From positions 1-64,000 of the forward strand of contig MCFE01000471.1 of the NCBI GenBank assembly GCA_002104905.1: a stretch of 64,000 nucleotides of DNA, in the 5' to 3' direction. Below, in pieces: positions 26,278 to 38,960 of the stretch. Under the pieces are notes generated by a model. That model had not been told where the DNA came from and ran no database searches. It saw only the letters and a program-made list of their open reading frames with translations. Position 1 is the stretch's first letter; each line of letters begins with the position of its first letter. This DNA comes from Basidiobolus meristosporus CBS 931.73. Its lineage: Eukaryota > Fungi > Basidiobolomycota. The position numbers and the translations under genes were made by a program.

Positions 26278-29200
26278 GCTAACTGCTGCAATATGATCAG
26301 ATCCATATATCTGATTATGTTGGCTGACAGCTACCACTGAATATGAGATATCTGGCTGTGTTCCTAGCATGATATACGTCAGACTGCCCACTGTAGATTG
26401 ACAAAGAAAGTCAGGGCTTTCAGATGGCACCAAGCTCTCTTGATTTGGTTGAGTTTTGACCAAGTTATTGCTTGTCTCCATTGGGGTAGCTGCTAGTTTA
26501 CAGTCTTCCATTTGGTATTTCTTTAGTATATCTGGAATATACTTGGATTGGCTTAGGGCAATAGTCTGGGTACCTATGTCTATGGAGAGCTTAATCCCAA
26601 AGTAGTAACTGAGCTCTCCTAGATTGGATATCTTGAACTCCTTAGATAGGCCGGATTTAGTCTCTTCAATGTTTCTAGGTTATTGGTGGTTATAATAAGA
26701 TCATCCACATATAGAGCTAACAGATCTGGATTTGCCCTATCTGGCTTATAGTATATACTATAGTCAGCATTACTCCTTTTGAAACTCAAAGATTCCAAAC
26801 GAGAATCTATCTTGCAATTCCAGGCTCTTGGTGATTGTTTGAGACCATATAGTGACTTTTTAAGCTTGCAGACCAAATGGGGGTTATCTTGGTCAACAAA
26901 CCCATCAGGCTGGTCCATATACACATCCTCATCAAGTTCTCCATTCAAAAATGCAGCTTTTACATCCATTTGATGAATAAAAAACTTTTATTTGGCTGCA
27001 ATAGCCAATATTAATCTGATGGAATTAAACTTGGCTACCGGTGCAAAGGTCTCAGTATAGTCAAGTCCTTTTGTTTGAGAGTATTCTTTGGCTACAAGTC
27101 TTGCTTTGTATCTCTCAATTGTACCATCAGCCTTGTATTTTGTCTTGAAGACCCATCTGCATCCAATTGATTTTTTGTTGATTGGTAATTTGACTAAGTC
27201 CCAAGTTTGATTTTCCATCAGGGTCTGATATTCCTCAGTCATTGCAGATCTCCAAAACTTTGTCTGTGGGCTATTTAGGGCCTCTTTTACAGTCTGGGGT
27301 TCATCAATATGGACTGAATAGGCATAGGCTAAGTTTGTACCCTCATTGATATAGTAATTTGGGCTATTTCTTGTCCAATTGGATCTCCAGGCATTTGATA
27401 CTGGAATGATCACTTCTGGGATATTCCTGGGCACTGATTCTGGCTGAACCACGGTTGTAGAGTCCTCTGGAGTGAAAAAATTCTCATTGTTTTGCTCTGA
27501 TTCAATCCTGACAATTGGTGGACTTGAGATCAAATTTTTGTCATCATCTGATGTCATTTTTTGTGAAGATTTTGAATTTTCATCAAACAGCACATCCCTG
27601 GACTTGATCAGCTTCTTTGCTTTGGTATTGTAGAGTTTGTATGCCTTACTCTCATTGCAGTAGCCCAAAAATATGCATTTTACACTTTTTGGTTCAAATT
27701 TTGACTGATTTCCGGCCAGTTTTTTGGCATATGCTGTACACCCAAATATTCTTAGATGTTCTGCACTTGGTCTGTATCCATGCCATGCTTCAAATGAAGT
27801 AGAATCACAAAGTATTCTGCTATAACTCCTATTTTTAAGATATACAGCAGTGGCTACTGATTCCGCCCAAAAATCATAGGATAATTTTTGATCATGGATC
27901 ATAGATCTTGCCATATCAATTACTGATCTGTTAGCACGTTCTGCTACTCCATTTTGCTGTGGGGAGTATGGTACAGTAGTCTCTTGCTTTATCCCATGAA
28001 TTTTGCAGAAGTGGATGAAGAGTTTTGAGGTATATTCTCCACCATTGTCAAAGCGTAATTTCTTGATTTTTTCACCAGTTTCTCTCTCCACCATGGCTTT
28101 AAACTCCCTGAGCTTAGACAGAGCTTCTTCCTTTCTCTCCATGGAGTAGACCCATGTGTATCTTGTTTAATCATCAATAAAAGTGATTAAATACTTCATC
28201 CCACCTAGGGATAAATTTTGCATAGGTCCACACAGATCTGAGTGAATTAGATCTAGTTTTTTCTTAGTTTTGGTTAGCTCAGAGCTCTTGAATGGTTGTC
28301 TGGCTTGTTTCCCATATATGCAGGCTTCACAGTGCTCCAAATTAGCTGGGGGATCAATTTTCACTTCAGATATTAGCTGATCTTTGATCATTTTACGCAA
28401 ATAATCAAAATTGATGTGTCCAAATCTCCTGCGCCAAAGCATTGGTGTTTCTTCATTTAAGTTACTTATATTGGCCTCCAAATATGATGGAATGTAAGTC
28501 AACTTGTATAGATTCTGATCTCTGATGCCTGAAGCAATATGGGCACCATTTTGATCAGTGATCCTGCATCCAGAATTGTCAAAACTAAAACTGAGTCCTT
28601 CTGCTGTGGCCTTGCTTACAGAGAGTAGGTTCTTGGCTATTTCTGGTACATAGAGTACTTCTTTAAAGGTCAGTGTATGGATTCCTTCACCGCTTCTTAG
28701 GTTTACTTGGATAGTTCCTTCTCCCACTGCATCAAGTGTTCTATCATCACCCATGAAAACCCTTTTAATTGGAATTTCTTGATATTGGGTAAAAAGTTCT
28801 TTTTGGTGTGTAAAGTGATGAGAAGCTCCAGAGTCAATATACCACATCTGAGAATCCTTGTTTGTGGTCATACTTAGTGCAGATATGAATAGTCTATCTT
28901 CAGTTGTTGCAGCATTTCTATATTCAGGCTTCTTTTGCTGATAATCTCTCTTTTTGAGACACCGGTCTGATTTGTGTCCTTTCCTTTTGCAGTAGTTGCA
29001 AAATAGGTTGCTTTTGCCTTTGTAGGGTCTTGGGTACCTCCTTTGTTGGTTATCATTGCTTATTAAAGCATTTTCTTCTTCCTTCTTATTGGCGCTTGAT
29101 TCTGTTAATTCTTCATTCAGGAGCCTTCCATATATGTAATTTAAGGTCAAATCTTCAGTTCTGGACTCTAGGGCTGATACAAGGCCTTGAAACTTGTCTG

Positions 29201-30038
29201 TCAGGCTATTCAGGATGGTAACTATCACATCCTCATCAGTAGTTGGTACGCCCACAGATTCCATCTCATCTACCAGCAGGGTAATTGTGTTAATTAGATT
29301 TTTCATTTCTTCTCCTGGCAGCATCTTTGTAGTAAAGAATTTTTGTCTCAGATACATTTTCCTGGCAGCTGAACATGACTGGTAGGTGTCTTCCAATGCT
29401 TTCCAGGCATTCTTTGCCATTTTTGCTCTTGAGCATTAAATTAGCAATTTGTCCTTGACATTAAGGCAAATGCAGTTAAAGGCACTTTGTTCTTTCTTCT
29501 GGTACTTTAAGACTTCCTCTCCCACGTTTTTAGGAGGGCATTCTTCTCCCATGACAATATCCCAAAGGCCTCTTTCTTGTAGCAGCATCTTCATCTTCAC
29601 CTTCCACACTTGGTAGTTGGATCCATCCAACTTTTCAGCAGAGGGAAAAATTCCAGTAATAGCAGTAGTAGATATTGCAGAGAGTGACAGCTTGGGGCTC
29701 ATAACCTGTTGTAAGAGTCTTGGAGATAATAGAAGTGATTTGGAGAACAAGTAGATTATGTGGTTTTCACTTAATGATTTATTGAATGTAAAAGTAGTAT
29801 TTATACTTTTACCTGGTCTTGGCATTACAAACACGTAGAATAGGTTAAGGAAGGTCCCAAGAACATGTGTGCAAAGTTTGGGGCTGTTTGGACAACTTAT
29901 CTAATTTTCATGTTCTGGGTAAATATTCTAAGTAAATCCCGACAAGGAATTTGGTCAGTATTCTCTAGGATTTGAAGGTAATGATCTAAGTGACTAAGTT
30001 AGGTGAATATTTAGGTGGAAATACGAATTTTTACAACA
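26278..30038 (-). mobile_element. Copia-3: young Copia element, 3'-truncated, gag-pol with a few stops
   Basis: ORFs 29436-29834, 28167-29420, 26988-28142, 26619-26969 are near-identical to Copia-4; LTR 29707-30038; PBS GGTTATGAGCCC (29695-29706). Ends within RT at a junction to CACTA-like sequence. Confidence 0.93.
29707..30038 (-). repeat. Copia-3 5' LTR
   Basis: TGTTGTAAGAG...TTTTACAACA; inverted homolog of 52411-52741 (about 20 differences by eye). Confidence 0.92.
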
Positions 30039-30846
30039 GATTTGTGGTAATCCAGAGTATACACGCGTGGTCTTTTGGCCAAAGTGTATCAATGCATTGC
30101 TTGTTACGGATGCATTATACATCCGAGTCAATGAGTTAGCATATGAAATCATATCAGCACCACCTGTGTAGCTCAACCCTAGCATTTATGTATGGTACAT
30201 ATCTGCAACAGAAGCCAAAGCCGGTGGGATTAGGTTGAGATTCAATTTGGTTTTGAGGATAATAACTAGGTGTGAGAGGCCAGGTTCTGGATGATTCAGT
30301 AGTAGGCGAATTACTTGAAACACTTGAAGCAATTGAAGGAGGTGATGTAGTGTACTCCAATTGCCCGAGAGATGGGATGCAGCCGATTTGTTTGGGAGGG
30401 GGATTTTGTGACGATTCTGCTGTGGCTACTCTTGGATGTGAGCAACCTGCTGTTGCTCAGGTGGCCTTGCAACTTCCACATGCCTGCCTATGGCCTTTCG
30501 CACACATTATTCAAATCACTTGGCCGTTTTCTCCTTCCACTGGCCAACCACGAGCATTTGACCAATCACGGCAATCGCAGCCCAGCCAATCATCACGAGG
30601 AGGTAGGTCAAGTGCACGATTAACAATAGCTTGGCTGCGGGTAAAATGGGTAGCCGGAGAGTTACCTCCAGTGGTACATTTCGTGTTGGGTAGACCTACC
30701 CAATACGTGCCGACATCCCGATTTCCATAATTGTCCAGATTGTAGCCGCATTTTAGCCTCCCCACGTCAAACTGTTGACGGCAATATCCATTCCTTTCTT
30801 GAATCATCAACCTCTCTTGTAGATAGGAAGTGCCGCCGCCGTCGTC

Positions 30847-31758
30847 ATGAATCCCGACTAGTAAGTGCTCCCCAACTCAACCCCTCTACTGTTTCCTCTC
30901 TCTCCCGTCTACGACCGATGCTTTGCGTCAAGGGATGTTCAAACTTCCGTTCCCCACGACAGTCAAGGACAAAAGCCTTTGTCGACTGGCGTTCACCTAT
31001 CTCCCCCAGGCTTGTTTACTTTACTGACCTCAGCCCATAGTGATTATCTATTCAAGCTACTACTGATCGGGGATTCAGGAGTAGGGAAATCCTGCCTCTT
31101 GCTTCGTTTCGCTGACGACACCTACACCGAGAGCTACATCAGTACTATTGGGGTGGATTTCGTAAGTGCTGTCGCACCCAGTCCTTTTGAACGCCTCACT
31201 AAGCTGCGCCACCCTCTAGAAAATCCGCACCATTGAGTTGGAAGGGAAAACCATCAAACTGCAGATCTGGGATACCGCCGGCCAAGAACGCTTCCGCACC
31301 ATCACCTCCTCTTATTATCGCGGCGCTCACGGCATCATCGTTGTGTACGACGTCACTGACCAAGACACCTTCACCAACGTCAAGCAATGGCTACAGGAAA
31401 TCGACCGCTACGCCTCCGAAGGGGTGGACAAACTCCTTGTTGGCAACAAGAACGATCTGACCTCGAAAAAGGTCGTCGATCACGATGGCGCCAAGGTAAA
31501 CTTCTCCTTCCCAAATCGCCCACCGACACCCGCGCTCTGACCAGGCGGTTTCCACAGGAATTCGCCGACCAGGTCAATATTCCGTTCCTGGAGACGTCCG
31601 CCAAGGACTCCACGAACGTTGAGCAAGCCTTCCTTACCATGGCCAGACAAATCCAAGAGAGAATGGGCACTAATACGCCCACTCCATCCAACAAGCAGAA
31701 CATCAAGATCAGCCAGGGTAGCTCGGTCCCTGCCCAAACCAGCGGTGGCTGTTGCTAG
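30847..31758 (+). CDS. YPT1: Rab1/Ypt1 small GTPase, 4 exons (30847-30860, 31041-31161, 31220-31495, 31558-31758)
   Basis: Spliced product [22 protein letters not shown]...TIGVDFKIRT...[22 protein letters not shown]...VGNKND...ETSAK...GGCC; GT-AG introns. Confidence 0.97.
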
Positions 31759-33271
31759 GTCTCGTGCACTCTGCAGTGCACCGATGCGTCTCCACAGACC
31801 AACTGACGAGACTAGTCTTGTTTCCCTTGCAACAGGCCTGTAAACTCACGTTTGGGCGCATATTTTGAGCCATGAGACTCGATCATTAGTTGAAGTGTGT
31901 ATTTGTGCACTCCATTCTTTGTTTCGCTTCGGTGCGCGGCCTCTGTGGGCAGCAACACCCGTTCGTTTTTCAGCTGTTTAAGAGATACATTCGTTTCATC
32001 AATTAAAGACCTGGGTTGCCTACTTCACGATGGTCACCGAAGTTCTCGAGTTGTTGGGTACAGCCACAACCGTCATCACCACCATAGCCATAACTAAAAC
32101 GATGTCCACATTCATTACCATAACCATCACCATCACCATCACCGATCCTCTCCAAGAAAGGACAAATTGATGGAATCGAGAATCAGAATTAACCAGCATC
32201 TTCGCAGCAATCACCATGTATTTAATCGCACTGACAGGGAGGTCGATATTTTCGCATCAAAAACGATTTTGTGACTTGTGATATTCAACAAAAGAATCTT
32301 GATTGAAATTCCTCCTTTTTTTTTGTTTCCTCCAAGATTGATTTTCTTGGAAACAATCATCCTTACCTTGGTCTCCTTCAGTGAACTTCACCGTAGGTTC
32401 GCTTTTCAGTTGAAGATATATCGAACGGGGCAGTATTCTCGGTACGCTACCAACCCCAGTATTTCCTTACCACTGACAGGCCCTCGGGATTTCTCTCCTT
32501 CCCTTCCCTTCCCTTCTTCGTTAGCGCAGTGCCCGTCAGTGTGCTTGCCTCAGTCAAGCCTCGTTGTCGGTCAACTTGATTTTCACTTGTTGTAAAGCCC
32601 CTCGTTCACGTCCCATCCAATCCCCCATTCCTTGGCAACCCACACTGAACTGTTCCTTTTGTAGCTTTGATCGGATATTCGTTGGGAAAAAGTGATCCTT
32701 GCTGAACAACCATTCAAATAGAGAGGACTAGGTAAGCCGAGCACCTGGCCATTTCCTGGCTCCGGTTCCCTTGAGAAGGAAAAAACTAAGGGATTCCCTC
32801 CACTAGGTCATCTACGCATCGTTCCCGCGCGTTGGTTGAGTTCAATCGGTGCTCCTGCTTTTCTCGCCTTCCTTTCGTTTCCTCTCCTTCTTGTTTACAC
32901 TTGTTGGCGTACCTGTTCGAGTACGTCAACATAAAATAGATAGTTTCAACCTGGACTCGTGGTATCCCGATAGTAGTCGGAGGACTCGTCGTGCGCGGCA
33001 CAACCTATCACCACACAACCCTTCTGTTGATAGAATCCAGACCAACAGCGAGGAGCCACTAGGTGTGAATGAGCCTCCAACCGAACACACTGCATCCGCA
33101 CCCTACAATCCCACCTCGACGAGCAACCTCACTCCACACCCCGGCACCGGAAGCTCCAACTTTCCCCTCACCCACCTGAACAACCCCAAGGAAACGGTCG
33201 GGGAGCTCACGCTACCTCCCCGCAAGCGAATCAAAATACCCTCTACCGCACTAGATCGGAAATTGGAGCAG

Positions 33272-35626
33272 ATGAAATTAGAAATGGACCAACGTACCAG
33301 CGTTCCGCATCCCAGCAATGTGGAGCCCCCACGAAACGGGGCCAAAGCCTATTTAGAGATGGACCAGTCGAAGGATAGATACGAAAGAGAAGAGGTGGTT
33401 CGCTTGATATGCCAGTCGCTTCACGATCTAGGCTACAGGTAGGTTGCTGAACCAGAGGGGGGGGTGTATTGTATGCTGTCGGCCGGCGCTCATACCTCTC
33501 CACCATTTTTAGTCGGTCCACACAGCTTTTGGAAATGGAGTCCGGGTTCAGTATGGAGCGTCCAGAAGTGACCCAGTTCCGGAAGGGCGTTCTGGCGGGC
33601 GACTGGTCCCACGTTGAGGCACTGCTGCCTTCCATAGGCTTGCAGGAGCCTGAAAAGCTGGAGGTCGAGCCACATCACATATGTGCCACCTTCCCGACGC
33701 TAACCTCTTGTTTGTAGAAGGTCCAATTCCTGCTCAGACGGCAGAAGTATCTGGAGCTTTTGGAAGCCCGAGAAGTGCCCGCCGCGCTAGGGGTGCTTAG
33801 GAACGAGCTGACCCCGCTGGGGTGCGACACCGAGCAGCTGCACCTGCTCTCCAGTCTTCTGATGTGCGGGGACGTCAAGGATCTGAAGAAACTCGCTGGC
33901 TGGAACGGCACCGTGGCCGACACGAGAAAAAAGCTACTGGAGGAGTTGCAAGGTAGCGTGTGGCCCCATAGCACTCCATCCCACTTCGAGGACACTAACC
34001 AACCCCTCGCCAGTTAATATCGCGCCGTCGGTAATGATCCCTAATCGTAGGATGGAGACATTGTTTGACCAGGCGGCGAAGTATCAAAGAGACCATTGCC
34101 TCTACCACGACATCACGGAAAAGGAGTTCAGCCTATATTCGGACCACCGATGTGACCAGTACATAGGATTCGTTGAGACTCTTCCCCGCTCAGACTCACT
34201 GACTTGCCTTTAGAAGTCGATTCCCAGGCGTCACCAAGCACGTCTTTGAAGGTCATTCGGATGAAGTGTGGTACGTCGCGTTCTCAAACAATGGGAAGTA
34301 CATCGCCTCCGGGTCAAAGGATGGAACGGCCATCATTTGGAGCATCGAGGTAATTTGCCCATAGCATACCATCGTCCAAGACAGCGTTGCCTGACAGACG
34401 ACGGGATAGGAAAAACGCAAGCTTCACGTTCTTAAAGTCCTGGGCAAGGAGGTCTGCTTCTTAGCTTGGTCCCCCAACGACTCGATGATAGTCACCTGCG
34501 CCAATGATGGTGGGCTTAGCCTGTGGAATACTCGGGTTAGTCATCCATAGCTCTTCCCAACCAAAACCATTCGACTAACGGCAGCCGGGCATTCCATGAA
34601 TAGAACGGGACGTGCATTCGAACCCTAGACAACCACACCGACGTTGTCACCTCCTGCGCTTGGTTGTCAAACAACGTGCACTTCGTCAGCGGTGGCTTAG
34701 ATAAAAGTCTATACTTATGGGTAACGCATGACAGTCAGATAGGATTAGCAACATGAAGCGCGGGTACTCATTGTTTCATCTCCACCAGAACATCCAAGGA
34801 AGTATCTTGTACCAATGGTCGAATGCTAGAGTCACCGACATCGCCGTTAGCAAAGATGGGAAGAAGATGGTCTCGATCTGTGCGGACTGCAAGATTCGAA
34901 TCTACGATCTGGAGAAACGCCTAGAGCAAGAGTAAGCATCCCCGAATCCTCCCCCCTAAGGACATGGCTCCGGTACTAATCGAGCATTCTGGCCAACGAC
35001 AGCTACATCAAGGAGGATAGGCGCATCAACTCAATGCGGCTCTCCGATGATGGCCGATATGTCGTAGTTAATTTAAATGACCAGGTAATTCATGGAGAAG
35101 CCCCCACTTGCGTAACTCTTGTCACCAACCATATGAACCTTGATTCTAGGACATCCATCTGTGGGACATCGTCGAGAAAAGACTCGTGCGCCGATTCGCT
35201 GGATTGAAGCAGTGTGAGTTCATCATCCGATCGTGTTTCGGTGGGCATGATCAGGCGTTTATCGCCAGCGGAAGTGCAGGTAACTAGGTAGATCCTTGGA
35301 TGTTTGCTGAGCCGAAATAACCAAGATTCCCCCGTGGGCCAGATGGATCCATCTATGTTTGGCACCGAGAGCAAGGAACGCTGATCAAGGTGCTGCCTGG
35401 TCACGTAGGACCGGTCAATTGTATCCACTGGAACCCCGCCAACCCTTATATGTTTGTCTCTGCAAGTGATGACCGGACAATCCGACTGTAAGTGCTCGTG
35501 TATTTGTGTGCATATGTGTACGCTCCAATCAGGCATCGTTTACTAACGCCTCGTTGCTGAACGCCGACTTTCACCAGCTGGGGAACCGCTGAGCAGGATG
35601 GTAAAGGAAAGCAAAAATCCGAGTAA
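33272..35626 (+). CDS. WDR26: WDR26/GID7-like LisH-CTLH-WD40 protein (CTLH/GID E3 complex subunit), multi-exon; start uncertain
   Basis: Lis[31 protein letters not shown] / [15 protein letters not shown]40 repeats [55 protein letters not shown]...[11 protein letters not shown]. Frame is open upstream to 32849 but the first ATG is 33272. Confidence 0.88.
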
Positions 35627-36703
35627 GATGTCCGACGTTCCCTCTGACTTGAATTGCTTCCTTGGTGCATTTATTTTATTTCCTATTTTTGATACTCTCC
35701 GCGGTTCACTGTGGAATGGGAGAGATTGTTTAATTCCCCAGTCTTTCATGTATAATAAATCCTGTTTGCTGATGCCACTATGATTAGATGGAGGTGGAGG
35801 CGATGTGGCAGATGGAGTGGTGAGGGTGGTGGTAGTTGTAACTGTAACTGCAACTGTAATTCGATAGTTAGCGATCGTATCTCGGATGCTGTTTCCGGAT
35901 CGTGAGTACTGATGCCATAGATGCGCTGATATTCTGGCTAGTCACCAGCGGTTTCCTGGTTTGGCTGAATATCAGGCGAAACATGGTGTGTTCCTGTAAT
36001 CGTTTAATGAGCTACATGGCATCTTGCCTTCACGACATTAGCACATCACCCTCAGAGCTTCATCTGGAGGTGGCCAAGCCAGTGATGTCACACATGAAAT
36101 CTCGGATAGGCGGAAGTGGCCCAATAAACACAGTGATCCATCGAAGCCAGCTTTGTGGCCATCATCGGAGGTTTTGCCGCTAGGTGCCAGGATTCCATAC
36201 ACCACAAGGTACCACACCCTTTCCTGTAGTGATGGCTTCCAACTGCGGCTAAATCGGAATCTAGACATCAAGCTAACGTACAGAGGGCAAATGTCTGAGA
36301 CGTTTGTTTCAGGACCGAGGGGATCCTAGGCAGCAGTCAGCCTTTCAATAGGACCGGCATTGAGGGATCGATCGTTATGGATAGATGCTGACCCCTATGC
36401 CAGAATCGAATCTGCCGCAGCGGGACTGATCGGAATGAGACGTGTATTCTGGATGAGTACACTCCCTTCCCATCAGAGTTGATCGGGAGATCTTCGATCA
36501 TAGGGCTCTTTTTGAACACGGGATCGATTAATGGATCTGATAGGACTTGGGAACATGTTCGAAGATTTTCATTTGGCTGGATTGAATGCGTCACATATAA
36601 ATAACAACTTAAGTTTGGGAAACACTGGCTTGAGAAGAGCTAGACTGATGTAAGCAGCTCGGATTTGGAGCCGAGGTGAGGGGAGTGGATCGGTTGAGAT
36701 GGA

Positions 36704-37530
36704 TCATTGGAAATAAGGTTGATCATCTCCGATGCACTCGCTAATGGTTGTGAGGGAGTAGCCCATTTCTCGAATGGAATCGATCACTTGGCCAATTTGC
36801 CTTACAGTTCCCTCATGAATATCATGCATCAATATGATATAACTGCTGTTTTCAGGGCTTGAAACCTCCAGCACCTTCCGAATATTTTCCAGATTCTGTG
36901 GTTCGCGCTTTTTTTCGGCATACTTCCAGTCGTTGGTGTCCAAATTCCACTGGATCAATTTGTACCCTTCGCCGCCTAGGTGACCTCTCGTGTCAGCATC
37001 GCAATCCCCATATGGGCAACGCAGGTAGCTCGGCTTTTTCCCGATGATCTTTTCAATCAAACTCGCGCTCTTGGTGATCTCCTTACCGACCTCGGATTTG
37101 GACAAGTCGGAGAGATGGGGATGGGAATAGGTGTGCGAGGCGATCTCGTGACCTTCATCATAGGCTCGCTTCAGCAGCTGGGAGAAGTTCTTTTCCTTAA
37201 GCTGCTCCCCTTTGGAAATTGTCAGCGCAAGCTCATTCTTGGACCAGTCATGGCACCTTACCGATAACAAAAAACGTGGAGGGCGCGCCTTTGGCACTGA
37301 GGGTTTCGAGCAGTTGTGACGTGAAGGGACCAGGCCCGTCGTCGAACGTCAGAGCAACATGGCCAGGACGTCGGCATCTGTAGATGAATCTTCCTGTATC
37401 GATCCTAAGCCCATCAGGTTAGTTAGAGTTTACCGACGTTCCGACGAAAATCGTGTATTCACCTAGTTTCACAGCTAACGATCGTCCATAGGAGTATGCA
37501 CACCAACATACAAGATCCAAATGTATTCAT
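36704..37530 (-). CDS. Secreted polysaccharide (chitin) deacetylase, CE4/NodB domain, 3 exons
   Basis: Signal-peptide-like MNTFGSCMLVCILLWTIVSC; motifs TFDDGP, HTYSHP, RCPYG, DTNDW, ILMHD; TATATAAA upstream (~37580). Confidence 0.92.
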
Positions 37531-38173
37531 CTTAGGCTTGATGGAATCCAAGATCTATAGATAGCCGCATCTGGAATCCTTTATATATGCATTGAGTAAT
37601 GGGGGTCTCAAACAGATGTTTGGGCTCAGACGCCCTTAATGTAGAGCGCATCAATTCAGTCGGGGAATTGTTTGGTGCAAGTGAGAGCAGCGTACTTCAA
37701 ACTTTTTCTCAGCCGTTTGGTTTGAATTTGATCTCCGATCAATCATCTTGTACCTCGTCATTTTCTCACCAATTCGTTTCGTTGAATCATAGTGAACACA
37801 ATTTCATAACCTGCTCCTTGGGAGGGCGAAATCCCATCATTTGTGATGGTCAAATTCAGGCGACGGGATTACAATGCTGGTTTCATGTCGATTCTCTAGA
37901 AACCCCAATAGAATACTTATTAAAACACACGATACATCCGGTCGTAACCAGATGATTCCGGCTGGCTAGCCTTTCTTCAACAGGTTACCGACTGAGTGGT
38001 GAGAGTTGATCATGGCCACTAGATATATCTCAGCATCCTGGTGCGTAAACCCTGATCAATTATCCTGCGTAACCGCCGCTTTTGGTGAACGGAGGATGAT
38101 CCAAATGAGTTTCTATCGATTGGGGGAGGGGGAAGTGCGGATGACACTGAGGTTTGGAGGTGGAGGTGGGTGC

Positions 38174-38188
38174 GACGTCACCTATAAA
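38174..38188 (+). promoter_or_regulatory. CRE-like site and TATA box upstream of the C2H2 gene
   Basis: GACGTCA (38174-38180) followed by TATAAA (38183-38188); motif match only. Confidence 0.3.
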
Positions 38189-38195
38189 TCCACCC

Positions 38196-38960
38196 ATGAC
38201 GCCCTTCGTAATCGGACCAGCTCCATCGAAGCTTGACTTCACGATGAATCCCCATTTTCACAACAATAGCTTCTTCTGCACCAACGAATGCTGCTCGACC
38301 ATGGCCGAGGCCAATTCGCCAGAGGAAAGCTCCTTCACCATGGGCCAACACTTGCCTCAGACAATGAGCCACGAATACGACTCCTCCTCACTCCTATGCA
38401 TTCCCACCACCAGCACCCATGCCAACCTAGATTACTCATACTACTCCCTCCTGCCGCAGTCTGGGCAAATGAGCGGCTCCGAGCAGTCCTCAAGCCCGCA
38501 TTACTTTCAGATGACCGACTTCGATCATTCCCCAACCCATAATTGGCAAGACCTATTGCACCCGGCATACCAGATGAACTGCCCTTGGCCCGTGGCATGT
38601 TCCTCCATAGAAATGCAGAGCCAGTGCTCCCAGAAGCCCGCTGCGGACCCCATAGAAGATAGAACCAGCCGGAGACGGTCTCCGCGGAAATCCAATAACG
38701 GGAAGGCCAGGAACTCGAACCCCAACCTGCCGCCAAAAGACCGACCATTCCCATGCACGCATTGTTCACGTTCTTTCACCAGAAAATACGACCTGGAGAG
38801 ACACGAGAGGTTGCATACAGGCGACAAGCCCTACAAGTGCGCATTCTGCCACAAATCGTTCACCAGGGTGGATGCTAGACAACGTCACTACAAGTACGAC
38901 GACACCTGTGCAGTGCTGTACTCACTCACCGAAGGCTGGGGTATTGAAATGTTGCTGTAG
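38196..38960 (+). CDS. C2H2 zinc-finger transcription factor (two C-terminal fingers); start 38196 or 38244
   Basis: CTHCSRSFTRKYDLERHERLH-TGDKP-YKCAFCHKSFTRVDARQRH, S/Q/P-rich N-terminus, single ORF. Confidence 0.92.
   Translation: MTPFVIGPAPSKLDFTMNPHFHNNSFFCTNECCSTMAEANSPEESSFTMGQHLPQTMSHEYDSSSLLCIPTTSTHANLDYSYYSLLPQSGQMSGSEQSSSPHYFQMTDFDHSPTHNWQDLLHPAYQMNCPWPVACSSIEMQSQCSQKPAADPIEDRTSRRRSPRKSNNGKARNSNPNLPPKDRPFPCTHCSRSFTRKYDLERHERLHTGDKPYKCAFCHKSFTRVDARQRHYKYDDTCAVLYSLTEGWGIEMLL

Noticed and set aside
30272-30810. ORFs 30272-30730 and 30511-30810 upstream of YPT1
   Set aside because: No recognisable motifs; they overlap a CCAAT-rich promoter region.
32040-32145. CAT/CAC-rich low-complexity tract (His-rich ORF) and the GTG/GTA-rich tract at ~35790-35860 on the other side of WDR26
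   Set aside because: Simple-sequence UTR tracts with no real inverted-repeat alignment.
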